Below are positions 10,198-19,156 of a stretch of DNA of 64,000 nucleotides, one piece after another; positions within the stretch are counted from its first letter, which is position 1, and every line of letters starts with the position of its first letter. Position numbers and translations under genes: made by a program. The stretch lies in NCBI GenBank assembly GCA_002428385.1, contig DIWB01000003.1, positions 366 to 64,365 on the forward strand. Reading direction: 5' to 3'. The DNA is from Bacteroidales bacterium UBA6117. Its GTDB lineage: Bacteria > Bacteroidota > Bacteroidia > Bacteroidales > VadinHA17. The notes beneath the pieces were generated by a model. That model was not told the origin of the DNA, made no database searches, and saw only the letters and a program-made list of their open reading frames with translations.

Positions 10198-10876
10198 CGT
10201 CAGAGTTGAACTGGAATCCGAGACGTTTACCCGTTATTATCCTGGAATGCTGTATTTTTTCTTCCGCCTGTCCGACTGTGGCAATTTTTACTGTATCGTA
10301 CGGAGGTACGAGTAGATCAAATTCCAGGGAGTATTGGATAGCGGTAGATATTATTACCTGCAGGGAAGACCGGGTAATTGGCTCATTGCCGTAGTTCGAG
10401 AAGAGCATGCCCATCTGTCGTTTTCCTTCAACCAGGTACTGGTTTTCATGGTTAATGAAGATCCTCGCGATCAGGTATCCGAGATCGTCAAGCCTTGAGT
10501 ATTTGAACGAATCGTACAGAAAGTTGTAAATATTGATCATTCCCGAATACGCGTTGTTCTTGTTTTTCTGGATATACGGTGTTTTCCATGCCGGATGTTC
10601 CCTGTCGAACTGAAAGATATTTGAATGCATGCTGAACAGAAGAAGATCGCCGGCTACCTTAAGTTGCGCATCGAAGCTGCTCCTGTCGGTATACTCCATT
10701 TTGATCCTTGAATCCACGTTCCCGAGGTTGTTGTTGACATCCCTGGACAGGTTTTTCAGTAAATCCTTTACTACATTGAACCATTCAAAGGTATTGTCGA
10801 ATACTTTTTGTTTCAGCAGCGATTTCTCCTTTAGTGTGTTGATAATCTGAACTTTTTTATCTTCGGGTTCTGGCAT
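10166..10876 (-). CDS. Hypothetical protein (no motif recognised)
   Basis: 236-aa ORF heading a tightly packed unknown-Omp85-tilS string. It overlaps the next gene by 32 nt (11 nt if that gene starts at 10176). No signal peptide or catalytic motif seen. Confidence 0.6.
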   Translation of the reverse strand: MPEPEDKKVQIINTLKEKSLLKQKVFDNTFEWFNVVKDLLKNLSRDVNNNLGNVDSRIKMEYTDRSSFDAQLKVAGDLLLFSMHSNIFQFDREHPAWKTPYIQKNKNNAYSGMINIYNFLYDSFKYSRLDDLGYLIARIFINHENQYLVEGKRQMGMLFSNYGNEPITRSSLQVIISTAIQYSLEFDLLVPPYDTVKIATVGQAEEKIQHSRIITGKRLGFQFNSDDVLLKNQNET

Positions 10877-10941
10877 GACCGTAGGGTTAGTTAATAACGG
10901 AGCTCTAAAATAGCAAATATATCGCGAAATGCAGCTTTACT

Positions 10942-12417
10942 TTAGTATGATCTTGCAAAAAGGACGCGTCTTTTTGAGGGTAAGCCTGAGTAGATGCAAA
11001 TGCCTTCTTCTTCAGGTGAGTCGAAAGGTATACACCTGATGGTGGCCTTGGTCTCTTCCTTGATTTTTTCCTCTGTTTCTGATGTGCCGTCCCAGTGGGC
11101 CAGAATGAAGCCTCCTTTTTTCTCGATGATTTCAATAAATTCTGTCCATGTGTCTATCCTGTATGTATTGTCAGCACGGAATTTCAATGCCTTTTGGAAC
11201 AAATTGGCCTGGATATCCTCAAGCAGAGCCTTTATCCTCTTCGGCAGCCCTTCTGATGAGACTGTTTCTTTTTCAAGAGTGTCGCGCCGGGCAATTTCCA
11301 CTGTATTGTTTTCAATATCCCGCGGTCCGATGGCTATCCTTACCGGAACACCCTTCAGCTCATAATCTGCGAATTTGAAACCCGGTTTAAGGTTATCGCG
11401 GTCGTCGTACTTCACTGAGATGCCCGCTTTCTGAAGTTCTGCCATAATTGTCCTGGCCTTTTCGCTGATAAGCTGAAGCTGTTCGTCAGTTTTGAAGATG
11501 GGGACAATTACAGTCTGGGTTGGAGCCAGCCTGGGTGGCAGGATAAGTCCTTTATTATCGGAGTGAGCCATTATCAGGGCTCCTACCATCCTTGTCGATA
11601 CTCCCCACGAAGTAGCCCATACGTAATCGAGCTTCCCTGTCTTGTCAGTGAACTGAACATCGAAGGCTTTGGCAAAATTCTGACCAAGGAAATGGCTTGT
11701 TCCTGCCTGAAGGGCTTTCCCGTCCTGCATCAGGGCTTCAATTGTATAGGTGTCGATTGCCCCTGCAAAACGTTCGTTTTCCGTCTTGTATCCCCTGATG
11801 ACGGGAAGCGCCATATAATTTTCAGCAAAGTCAGCATATACATTTATCATCCTTTCTGTTTCCTCAACAGCTTCCTGACTTGTCGCGTGGGCTGTATGCC
11901 CCTCCTGCCAGAGAAACTCAGATGTCCTCAGGAACAGACGGGTACGCATCTCCCATCTGACAACGTTCGCCCACTGGTTGATCAGAATCGGGAGGTCGCG
12001 GTAGGACTGGATCCAGTTTTTGTATGAATTCCAGATAATCGTTTCGGAGGTGGGGCGGATTATGAGCTCTTCCTCCAGTTTAGCGGCAGGATCAACAACA
12101 ATCCCCTTCCCATTCTCATCGTTTTTCAGCCTGTAGTGGGTGACAACTGCACACTCCTTGGCAAATCCTTCAACATGTGCTGCTTCCCTGCTGAAAAAAG
12201 ATTTAGGTATAAAAAGAGGAAAATATGCATTGACATGGCCTGTTGCCTTGAACATTTTGTCAAGTCCGGCCTGTATGTTTTCCCATATTGCATAACCATA
12301 GGGCTTGATAACCATGCAGCCCCTCACTGCCGAATTCTCGGCAAGATCGGCTTTTATTACAAGGTCGTTGTACCATTGTGCATAATTGTCTTCCCTGTCT
12401 GTCAAAAACTTAGCCAT
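10942..12417 (-). CDS. proS: Prolyl-tRNA synthetase, archaeal/eukaryote-like type
   Basis: 491 aa. N-terminus [25 protein letters not shown] and C-terminal ...VLFARSY are typical of the short class II ProRS found in Bacteroidota. Confidence 0.95.
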   Translation of the reverse strand: MAKFLTDREDNYAQWYNDLVIKADLAENSAVRGCMVIKPYGYAIWENIQAGLDKMFKATGHVNAYFPLFIPKSFFSREAAHVEGFAKECAVVTHYRLKNDENGKGIVVDPAAKLEEELIIRPTSETIIWNSYKNWIQSYRDLPILINQWANVVRWEMRTRLFLRTSEFLWQEGHTAHATSQEAVEETERMINVYADFAENYMALPVIRGYKTENERFAGAIDTYTIEALMQDGKALQAGTSHFLGQNFAKAFDVQFTDKTGKLDYVWATSWGVSTRMVGALIMAHSDNKGLILPPRLAPTQTVIVPIFKTDEQLQLISEKARTIMAELQKAGISVKYDDRDNLKPGFKFADYELKGVPVRIAIGPRDIENNTVEIARRDTLEKETVSSEGLPKRIKALLEDIQANLFQKALKFRADNTYRIDTWTEFIEIIEKKGGFILAHWDGTSETEEKIKEETKATIRCIPFDSPEEEGICIYSGLPSKRRVLFARSY

Positions 12418-12712
12418 TGTATGGTGTGGTATTTTAAATTGTTTGTATCATTTATAAGCCGGTCGTAAAAGTAGTTAAATATTGGAAATTTAAAAAAGCG
12501 GGTGTCCGCACGGGCAGTAAACAGCGGAGTTGCTTTGCCATGCAGACTAAAAGAGAATTATAAGCGTTTTGAAAATGATTGTTACTTTGGCAAAAAGAAT
12601 TAAATTTGCTGAAACCTGAAGCCTGAGTAAAAATCTGGAAAACCTTGATACTTTGGTATGGATTTTGATATTTGTTGGTAAGTAAAGTAAACAAAAGGAA
12701 ACAACAACCAAA

Positions 12713-14023
12713 ATGAAAGCAACAAATTACATATTCGGCCTTGCCCTTCTGACTCTCGCCTCCTGCTCTTCGGGGCTGTATGTGGGAACAGAATACGATG
12801 ACCTGTATTTTGTGAGTTCCGATCAGCCTGTAACAAAGGCAAGAACAAGCGAGCGCAATCAGATTTCCGAAGACAATCTGAGATCAGGATCATATTACGA
12901 CAACATCTATGCTGCCGACACCCTGGTATCGGAGGAATATTCCGATGCAGTCGACTATGCTGATGCGGGCAGTTATGACAACAGATACGATTATTATGAC
13001 GGCTCCTACTCCGGAAGGCTGAACAGGTTTTACGGGAACTACTTCAACCCTTACTGGAGGGATCCATTCTACTCCAGCTTCTACCCGTCGTTCGGGTTCA
13101 ATAGCTTCTACTCCGGATTTCCGTACTCATACTACGATCCGTTCTACTACGATTACTACAGCCCTTATTCCTACGGAGGTTTTTACAGCCCCTACTCATA
13201 CGGCGGGTACTATGGAATGGGAATGGGCATGGGAATGGGAATGGGATATTACAGCCCATACTACAGCTCCTTCTATTCACCCTGGTACTACGGAGGCTAT
13301 TACAGCCCCTACACATTCAACGACCGTGATGTGAATTACGGAAGAAGGGAAAAACCAAGCAACATGTCTACCCGCTGGTCAGGCGGCAGCTCCACAGGAG
13401 CGTCCGGAACTTCCGGAACAGCATCATCCAGGAGAACCACCGACCCGGCTTCCGGCACCGGAGTACCGGCCACCGGAACTGTTGGAACATCAACTTTGAG
13501 AAGGACTACCACCCCGGTCAGCGGTACTCAGCAGCCTGTAGCAGGTGAAAGAAGAACCACTACCCAGGGGGCCGGCAACACCGGAACTCAGTCAACCCAG
13601 ACTAGAAGACCGGCTGCCACACGCCCTGAATACAATTCAGTCAACAGGTCATACACTCCTACTTACACAAATCCAAGGGTTAGCACCAGGCCTTCATACA
13701 ACAACACCAGGGTAAACAGCGGGACTACCACCACCAGGCCTTCCAGCTCTTCGACCCAGGGAAGAAGTAGTTCATCATATTCCGCTCCCTCCAGGTCAGG
13801 CTCGTCTTACAGCAACCCCGGCACCTATTCTGTTCCGTCAAGAAGAAGCTCAGGATCAGGATCATCCTACCCCGGCGGCAGTTCTTCCTACAGCGGAGGC
13901 AGCTCCGTGTCGAGGAGCAGCGGCTCATCATACTCAGGAGGTTCTTCCTACTCGGGTTCTTCATCCTCTGGCAGCTCTTCATCATCATCATCCGGCCGCT
14001 CTTCATCAGGAGGAAGAAGGTAA
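12713..14023 (+). CDS. Tyr/Ser/Gly/Thr-rich low-complexity lipoprotein
   Basis: Signal peptide with lipobox LTLASC, then YYSPY/SYGGFY/(GM)5 motifs, RRTT-P-SGT repeats and an SSYSGG tail ending GGRR. Long open frame with a proper signal sequence. No homology call possible by eye. Confidence 0.75.
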   Translation: MKATNYIFGLALLTLASCSSGLYVGTEYDDLYFVSSDQPVTKARTSERNQISEDNLRSGSYYDNIYAADTLVSEEYSDAVDYADAGSYDNRYDYYDGSYSGRLNRFYGNYFNPYWRDPFYSSFYPSFGFNSFYSGFPYSYYDPFYYDYYSPYSYGGFYSPYSYGGYYGMGMGMGMGMGYYSPYYSSFYSPWYYGGYYSPYTFNDRDVNYGRREKPSNMSTRWSGGSSTGASGTSGTASSRRTTDPASGTGVPATGTVGTSTLRRTTTPVSGTQQPVAGERRTTTQGAGNTGTQSTQTRRPAATRPEYNSVNRSYTPTYTNPRVSTRPSYNNTRVNSGTTTTRPSSSSTQGRSSSSYSAPSRSGSSYSNPGTYSVPSRRSSGSGSSYPGGSSSYSGGSSVSRSSGSSYSGGSSYSGSSSSGSSSSSSSGRSSSGGRR

Positions 14024-14100
14024 TTAATTTAATAACACATTGATTATCAATACATTCCTTAATGGAATGCGGGTATTCTCTTAAATAAAAAGAAAAGATA

Positions 14101-15582
14101 ATGAAAAGGTCAGCCTTAATAATTGTAGCAGCATTGCTTACATTCACCGGACTCAAAGCCCAGAATGTAGATGATGCCCTAAGATACTCCCAGATCTTCT
14201 ATACCGGTACAGCCAGGTTCATGTCGATGGGGGGGGCCTTCACAGCCCTCGGAGGCGATATGTCAACATTTAGCCAGAACCCTGCCGGAATCGGTGTGTT
14301 CAGATCTTCAGAAATATCACTGACACCGCAGCTTCTGCACGCAAAAACGTCAGCTAATTTCAACGGGATCTCCGATGATTATCTGTACAATTTTAACCTT
14401 GGCCAGGCAGGCGTTGTCGGAAACCTGATAAAGGGAAGCGGAACCACCGGATTGATCTCACTCAATGTCGGATACTCATTCAACAAGACGAACAACCTGA
14501 ACAATACGGCACGTATTCAGGGAAACAGCGCAAACAGCTCAATGGCCGATTACTGGGCTGATGAGGCTTACGGTATTTACTATGGCGATATCGGAGGCGC
14601 AGCAGGAATTGCTTACGATGCATGGATCATCGATACTTTAAGAGATGCGAATGCCAGTTACTATGGTACGGTTTTTTCGAATTACGGCGACAATCCAACA
14701 TCCGATTACGGTCAGAACATCAGGCGACTGATCACCAACCAGGGATATACGGGTGAACATGCAATATCAATCGGTGGAAACTATTCAAACAAAGTGTATT
14801 TCGGAGCAACCCTGGGTATCAACACTATGAGGTATACCGGACATTATGAGCATCTTGAGAAAGCCGACTATTTCCTCGATTCACAGTTCAGCGATTTCTC
14901 TTATGTTGAGCATTTTGAAAATACAGGAACAGGGGTTAACCTCAAGATTGGAGCTATAATCAGACCGGTAGAGGAACTCAGGATAGGAGTTGCTTTCCAT
15001 TCACCCACATTATATAAGATTAATGAGAGGTTCTATGATAACATCTCTTCCAACTTCACCGATGGTGGCCATTATGAATTCTATAACGACGAGCTGGTTT
15101 ATGAATATGCACTGACAACTCCTTTCAGGGTTCTTGCCGGTGTTGCTTACCAGATTGAAAAAACTGGTCTGCTTAGCGTTGATTATGAATTTGTTGATTA
15201 CAGCATGGTTAAGTTCTCGGAAACAGGCGATGACTATGATTACAGCGAGAAGAACCTTGATATAAAGAATACACTGCAACCTGCACATAACATCCGCGTT
15301 GGCGGCGAACTGAGGTTTAACAAACTGTACTTCAGGGGAGGATACGGCTATTACGGAAAAGTATTCAGGGAGGATGAGGTTAACAAGGATTTGTTCAACA
15401 GGTCAATTTCGGCAGGACTCGGCTTCAGGGAGCAGAACCTGAGTATCGACTTCGGCTTTACCAACATGAGGAACGAACAGAAATACATACTTTACGACTC
15501 TTACTACGAAACTGCAATGGCCAACCTGACTAACACCAGGAATATGTTTTCGGTTACCCTTGGCTATAAATTTGGCTTCTGA
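14101..15582 (+). CDS. FadL/TodX/PorV-like outer-membrane beta-barrel protein
   Basis: Signal peptide MKRSALIIVAALLTFTGLKAQ, a FadL-type N-terminal segment GTARFMSMGGAFTALGGDMSTFSQNPAG, alternating beta-strand pattern, and a C-terminal aromatic ...LGYKFGF. Confidence 0.7.
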   Translation: MKRSALIIVAALLTFTGLKAQNVDDALRYSQIFYTGTARFMSMGGAFTALGGDMSTFSQNPAGIGVFRSSEISLTPQLLHAKTSANFNGISDDYLYNFNLGQAGVVGNLIKGSGTTGLISLNVGYSFNKTNNLNNTARIQGNSANSSMADYWADEAYGIYYGDIGGAAGIAYDAWIIDTLRDANASYYGTVFSNYGDNPTSDYGQNIRRLITNQGYTGEHAISIGGNYSNKVYFGATLGINTMRYTGHYEHLEKADYFLDSQFSDFSYVEHFENTGTGVNLKIGAIIRPVEELRIGVAFHSPTLYKINERFYDNISSNFTDGGHYEFYNDELVYEYALTTPFRVLAGVAYQIEKTGLLSVDYEFVDYSMVKFSETGDDYDYSEKNLDIKNTLQPAHNIRVGGELRFNKLYFRGGYGYYGKVFREDEVNKDLFNRSISAGLGFREQNLSIDFGFTNMRNEQKYILYDSYYETAMANLTNTRNMFSVTLGYKFGF

Positions 15583-15602
15583 TTTACTTTACTGATTAAT
15601 AA

Positions 15603-15632
15603 AAAAACGGTGCCTGGCCAGGCACCGTTTTT
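15603..15632. terminator. Bidirectional rho-independent terminator
   Basis: Perfect 30-nt palindrome AAAAACGGTGCCTGG|CCAGGCACCGTTTTT, with an A-tract on one side and a T-tract on the other. It lies between the convergent FadL-like gene (+) and the WbqC gene (-). Confidence 0.8.
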
Positions 15633-15637
15633 ATTTG

Positions 15638-16240
15638 CTATAAAAACAAGGCTGCATCCGGACCAAGGTTGAAGATCAGATCGAGGATACTTAAACCCGG
15701 CACAAAACCGGCTTCTCCGAAAACCTGGATGTAAGGCTTTGAACTGAATACCTGTTCTCTTTTTGGTGAAATGCAGTACCTGTAATCCCCTGGCTTAAGG
15801 GTGGCCGGTTCAAACGATGAAGTGTAGTTTATACACTTATTAATATTCAAAAGGGTGAGGCACTCCTGAAGCAGTTCCTGGTTAAGGTCGATAAGAAAAC
15901 GATGTTTTTTTTGCAGAATGCTGAAGATGTTTTCGGAATAATAAAGGAAGTAAGGCGATCTTCCGTATGCTGATGTGAAGGCTCCTGTATGAACCTGTTG
16001 CCATCGTTTCGAATAATCAATCTGAATATCTTTTACCGGCGCTTTTAACCTGTCGCCTTTCGTGACCGGCACGGAGAGGATCAGTACACCATTTGATGCA
16101 AGTATCATGCATCTGTTCCTGTAGGTTTGTTTGAGGTAGTTTTCTTCCCGTTCTAAAAATACGATTGCTGCATCCCGGATAAGCCTGAAATAGCAGGCCG
16201 GAGGAAAGTATGCCGTGGAAAGAAGCAGTTTGTCGGCCAT
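15638..16240 (-). CDS. WbqC-family protein
   Basis: N-terminus LLLSTAYFPPACYFRLI...LEREENYLKQTYRNRCMILASNGVLILSVPV matches my memory of the WbqC-like family. It starts 9 nt after the larB stop. Confidence 0.7.
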   Translation of the reverse strand: MADKLLLSTAYFPPACYFRLIRDAAIVFLEREENYLKQTYRNRCMILASNGVLILSVPVTKGDRLKAPVKDIQIDYSKRWQQVHTGAFTSAYGRSPYFLYYSENIFSILQKKHRFLIDLNQELLQECLTLLNINKCINYTSSFEPATLKPGDYRYCISPKREQVFSSKPYIQVFGEAGFVPGLSILDLIFNLGPDAALFL

Positions 16241-16249
16241 CAGGGCAGA

Positions 16250-16999
16250 TCACTTCATATGGTTAATCATGCTTGCAGAGAAGCCGGCGCCGAAACCATT
16301 GTCGATATTGACAACAGTCACCCCTGAGGAACAGCTTGTAAGCATTGCCAGCAGCGCCGATATGCCTCCGAAACTTGCTCCGTATCCAACGCTTGTGGGA
16401 ACAGCGATAACGGGTGAGCTGACCAGTCCTCCGACAACACTTGCAAGGGCTCCCTCCATGCCGGCAATTACAATTACCACACGGCATTTCCTTATTTCGG
16501 GGAGTTTATCCACAAGGCGGTGTATGCCGGCAACGCCTGCATCATATATCCTGAGAACGTTGTTCCCGAGAAGTTCTGCAGTGACGGCAGCCTCTTCAGC
16601 AACCGGTATGTCGGAGGTGCCTGCAGTGATAACCGCAATAGCAGTTTCGGGCCGTTTCATTTCGCGGAAAGGGATGCTTATGATTCGTGCCTCCGGATAC
16701 CAGACGGCTTCGGGGAAAATTTCCTTCACCGCGTCGTACATTTCCCGGCCGGCCCTGGTTCCGATGACATTGTTCTTTTTCCCCGCCATCAGCCTGAAGA
16801 TTCCAATGACCTGGTCGGTAGTCTTCCCTGCGCAGTATACTATTTCAGGATACCCTGTCCTGATCTCCCGGTGATTATCAATTTTTGCATACCCGAGATC
16901 GGTAAACGGAAAGTCGTGCAGAATGTCGAGTGCTTCCTCTACGCTTTTACTTCCGTCTTTTATCTCCCTGAGGAGTGTTTCAATGTCGTCCCTGTTCAT
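16250..16999 (-). CDS. larB: Nickel-pincer cofactor biosynthesis protein LarB (NaAD carboxylase/hydrolase, PurE-like)
   Basis: 249 aa with DNHREIRTGYPEIVYCAGKT and a PurE-like ITAGTSDIPVAEEA...VIAGMEGALASVVGGL core. 4-nt overlap with larE. Confidence 0.9.
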   Translation of the reverse strand: MNRDDIETLLREIKDGSKSVEEALDILHDFPFTDLGYAKIDNHREIRTGYPEIVYCAGKTTDQVIGIFRLMAGKKNNVIGTRAGREMYDAVKEIFPEAVWYPEARIISIPFREMKRPETAIAVITAGTSDIPVAEEAAVTAELLGNNVLRIYDAGVAGIHRLVDKLPEIRKCRVVIVIAGMEGALASVVGGLVSSPVIAVPTSVGYGASFGGISALLAMLTSCSSGVTVVNIDNGFGAGFSASMINHMK

Positions 17000-17799
17000 G
17001 GTCTGGTGTTTTCAGGATCATAGGAGCCTGATCTGTATCCTTCGAGATCCAAAGATACATATCTGAATCCGATTTTCTTAAGTCCTGAGATAATAAGTTC
17101 TCTGTCAGGACTCTGAGTCATCTTGCTGAAATTGGCGGGGTGGCATTCTATCCGGGCCAGGTCGCCATGTATCCGGACCCTGGTTCCCGGATATCCGCTG
17201 GTTCGAAAGAAATCTTCCGCCTGTTCAACCATAAGGATCATTTCGGAAGTTACTGCAGTGTTATAAGGGATCCTGGTGAGCAGGCACGCCATAGAAGGTT
17301 TAGAGGCGATATTAAGTCCTTCTGCGGCCAGTAAATCCCTGATGTCCTGTTTTGTGAGGCCAGCTTCCATCAGGGGGCTTCTGACGCCCAGCTCCTTAAG
17401 CGCCCTGATTCCAGGTCGGTGAGAGTTGGCATCATCAGCGTTGGAGCCGTCGACGACGTGACTGAAACCGTTGTCAGCAGCAAAGCCAAGCAGTTGTCCG
17501 AACAGTATCTTTTTGCAGATGTAGCACCTGTCGGGTGGATTATTCCGGATTGGTTCAGGGAAGGAAAGATCCAATATACGGTGGCTGATTTTATGTGCCC
17601 TCGCAAATTCAGTAGCTTCTTCAATTTCCGAATCAGGCATATAGGGGGTACTGAGGGTGACTCCAGTTATTTTTTCTTTCAGGAGTGAATGTGCGCGAAG
17701 AAGGAGATATGAACTATCCACACCTCCTGAAAAACCTACGACAAAGGAATTCAGATCAATAAGCAAACGGTCAAGTTTATCCCTTTTGTTTTCGGTCAT
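16996..17799 (-). CDS. larE: LarE sulfur-insertion ATP pyrophosphatase
   Basis: PP-loop GFSGGVDSSYLL, 267 aa, with cysteines in DRCYICKK and SMACLLTRIPY. 4-nt overlaps with both larC and larB. Confidence 0.9.
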   Translation of the reverse strand: MTENKRDKLDRLLIDLNSFVVGFSGGVDSSYLLLRAHSLLKEKITGVTLSTPYMPDSEIEEATEFARAHKISHRILDLSFPEPIRNNPPDRCYICKKILFGQLLGFAADNGFSHVVDGSNADDANSHRPGIRALKELGVRSPLMEAGLTKQDIRDLLAAEGLNIASKPSMACLLTRIPYNTAVTSEMILMVEQAEDFFRTSGYPGTRVRIHGDLARIECHPANFSKMTQSPDRELIISGLKKIGFRYVSLDLEGYRSGSYDPENTRP

Positions 17800-18980
17800 G
17801 ATTGCTTTTTGTTGTTTACAATAACCGAGATGATATTGTTATAAACCTCCTTGACGGGGATGTTTCTTTCCGATGCAATCTTCCTGCATTCTTCGTATTC
17901 TGGTTTGACGGAGACCTGTTTCCCGCCGAAGAACGACCTTTTCACCGTTACCTCGCCGTAGATTGTGTCAACCTTAAAGGTTTCCCTTGCAAGTGTGTCC
18001 TTATTAAATTCAAATGATCTCATTCCGAGCGTGGTGGACTCTGTGAAGATTATCTCTTTCAGCTTGTTTTCCGAACCCTTTTCGCATATAACATTAAGAA
18101 TTACGCCGGGTCGTCCCTTTTTCATTATGATCTGAGTGAAAAATACATCAGCAGCGCCGGCCCTGAAAAGATTATCGGAAATATGGTCGTAAAACTCCGG
18201 ATTCATGTCGTCAATATTTGCTTCCAGCAAGACGGCCCTGTGTCCCCGCGCATTATCTCCGGCTGCTTCGCCCATAAAGACCCTGAGGAGGTTGGGTACC
18301 ACGGGATGTTCCTTATGTCCAATTCCGTAGCCTGTTTTTGTTATGGTAAGCTCTGGTCCGGTGCCGAATTTTGTCCCGAGGGCAGTGACAATTGCAGCTC
18401 CTGTAGGTGTTGTAGCCTCAAAATCAACGCCTCCGACCCTGACAGGAATTCCTTTTATTATTTCGGCTGTAGCCGGCGCCGGCACCGGCAGCCTGCCATG
18501 ATCGCAATTAACGAAGCCGCTCCCGAGTTCAACCTCCGAAACGTATACCGCTTCAACCCCAAGTGCAACGAAGCATATTGCGGCACCGGTAACGTCAATT
18601 ATTGAATCGACTGCTCCTACCTCGTGGAAATGAACCACTTCGAGTGGTATTCCGTGAACGGCAGCCTCAGCCTGTGCAATTTTCATGAATATCTTCATGC
18701 TCAATTCTTTAACCTTATCAGGCAAAGCTGATCCCGTGATTATCTTTTCAATATCCGATAAGTGCCTGTGTACATGTTCGTGCCTGGTTTGCCTTACGGT
18801 TATTCTAGTTCCTGTGATCCCGTGGCGCTGGCTCTTTTCTGAGATAAGTTCCCATCCCTCCAGTCGGAGCTTTTCAAGTTCGGATCTGAGAAATCCGGTA
18901 TCAATGCCAAGGTCGACCATGGCGCCGAGGTTCATGTCGCCGCTAATACCCGAAAAACAATCATAGTACAGTACTTTCAT
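17796..18980 (-). CDS. larC: LarC nickel insertase (DUF111 family)
   Basis: N-terminus MKVLYYDCFSGISGDMNLGAMVDLG is the DUF111/LarC signature. Single 394-aa ORF, no frameshift needed. Confidence 0.9.
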   Translation of the reverse strand: MKVLYYDCFSGISGDMNLGAMVDLGIDTGFLRSELEKLRLEGWELISEKSQRHGITGTRITVRQTRHEHVHRHLSDIEKIITGSALPDKVKELSMKIFMKIAQAEAAVHGIPLEVVHFHEVGAVDSIIDVTGAAICFVALGVEAVYVSEVELGSGFVNCDHGRLPVPAPATAEIIKGIPVRVGGVDFEATTPTGAAIVTALGTKFGTGPELTITKTGYGIGHKEHPVVPNLLRVFMGEAAGDNARGHRAVLLEANIDDMNPEFYDHISDNLFRAGAADVFFTQIIMKKGRPGVILNVICEKGSENKLKEIIFTESTTLGMRSFEFNKDTLARETFKVDTIYGEVTVKRSFFGGKQVSVKPEYEECRKIASERNIPVKEVYNNIISVIVNNKKQS

Positions 18981-19083
18981 ATACAGCCGTTAATTAAGTG
19001 TAACAAACAAAACCCGGGAATGTTGAGATCTCATGAACCGGATAATAAACAGTAATTCTGCGTAAATATACAATTTACAATCA

Positions 19084-19116
19084 TTGGAGAATTGATAAAA
19101 ATAATTCGTATTTTTG
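19084..19116 (+). promoter_or_regulatory. Candidate Bacteroidota sigma-A promoter for the DUF362 gene
   Basis: Perfect -7 box TATTTTTG (19109..19116), 41 nt before the ATG. The upstream TTG (19084..19086) sits at a slightly long 22-nt spacing. Confidence 0.3.
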
Positions 19117-19156
19117 TTGACTTTTCGGTTACGTATTAAAACCTGAGTTATCCATT

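Noticed and set aside
12418-12712. 295-bp proS / lipoprotein intergenic region as a possible ncRNA or riboswitch
   Set aside because: It is AT-rich, has only imperfect -7-like boxes (TACTTTGG twice) and shows no extended pairing that I could find. It most likely holds just the two divergent promoters.
16215-16874. 219-aa plus-strand ORF antisense to larB. Similar long antisense ORFs: 7401..8012, 52160..52714, 22871..23365, 16520..17023, 28471..28950, 33898..34380, 11563..12027, 19241..19711, 63147..63596, 13725..14156.
   Set aside because: Each lies entirely inside a gene whose opposite-strand product has clear family motifs. The antisense translations are low-complexity (Ser/Pro/Arg-rich) with no recognisable domains.
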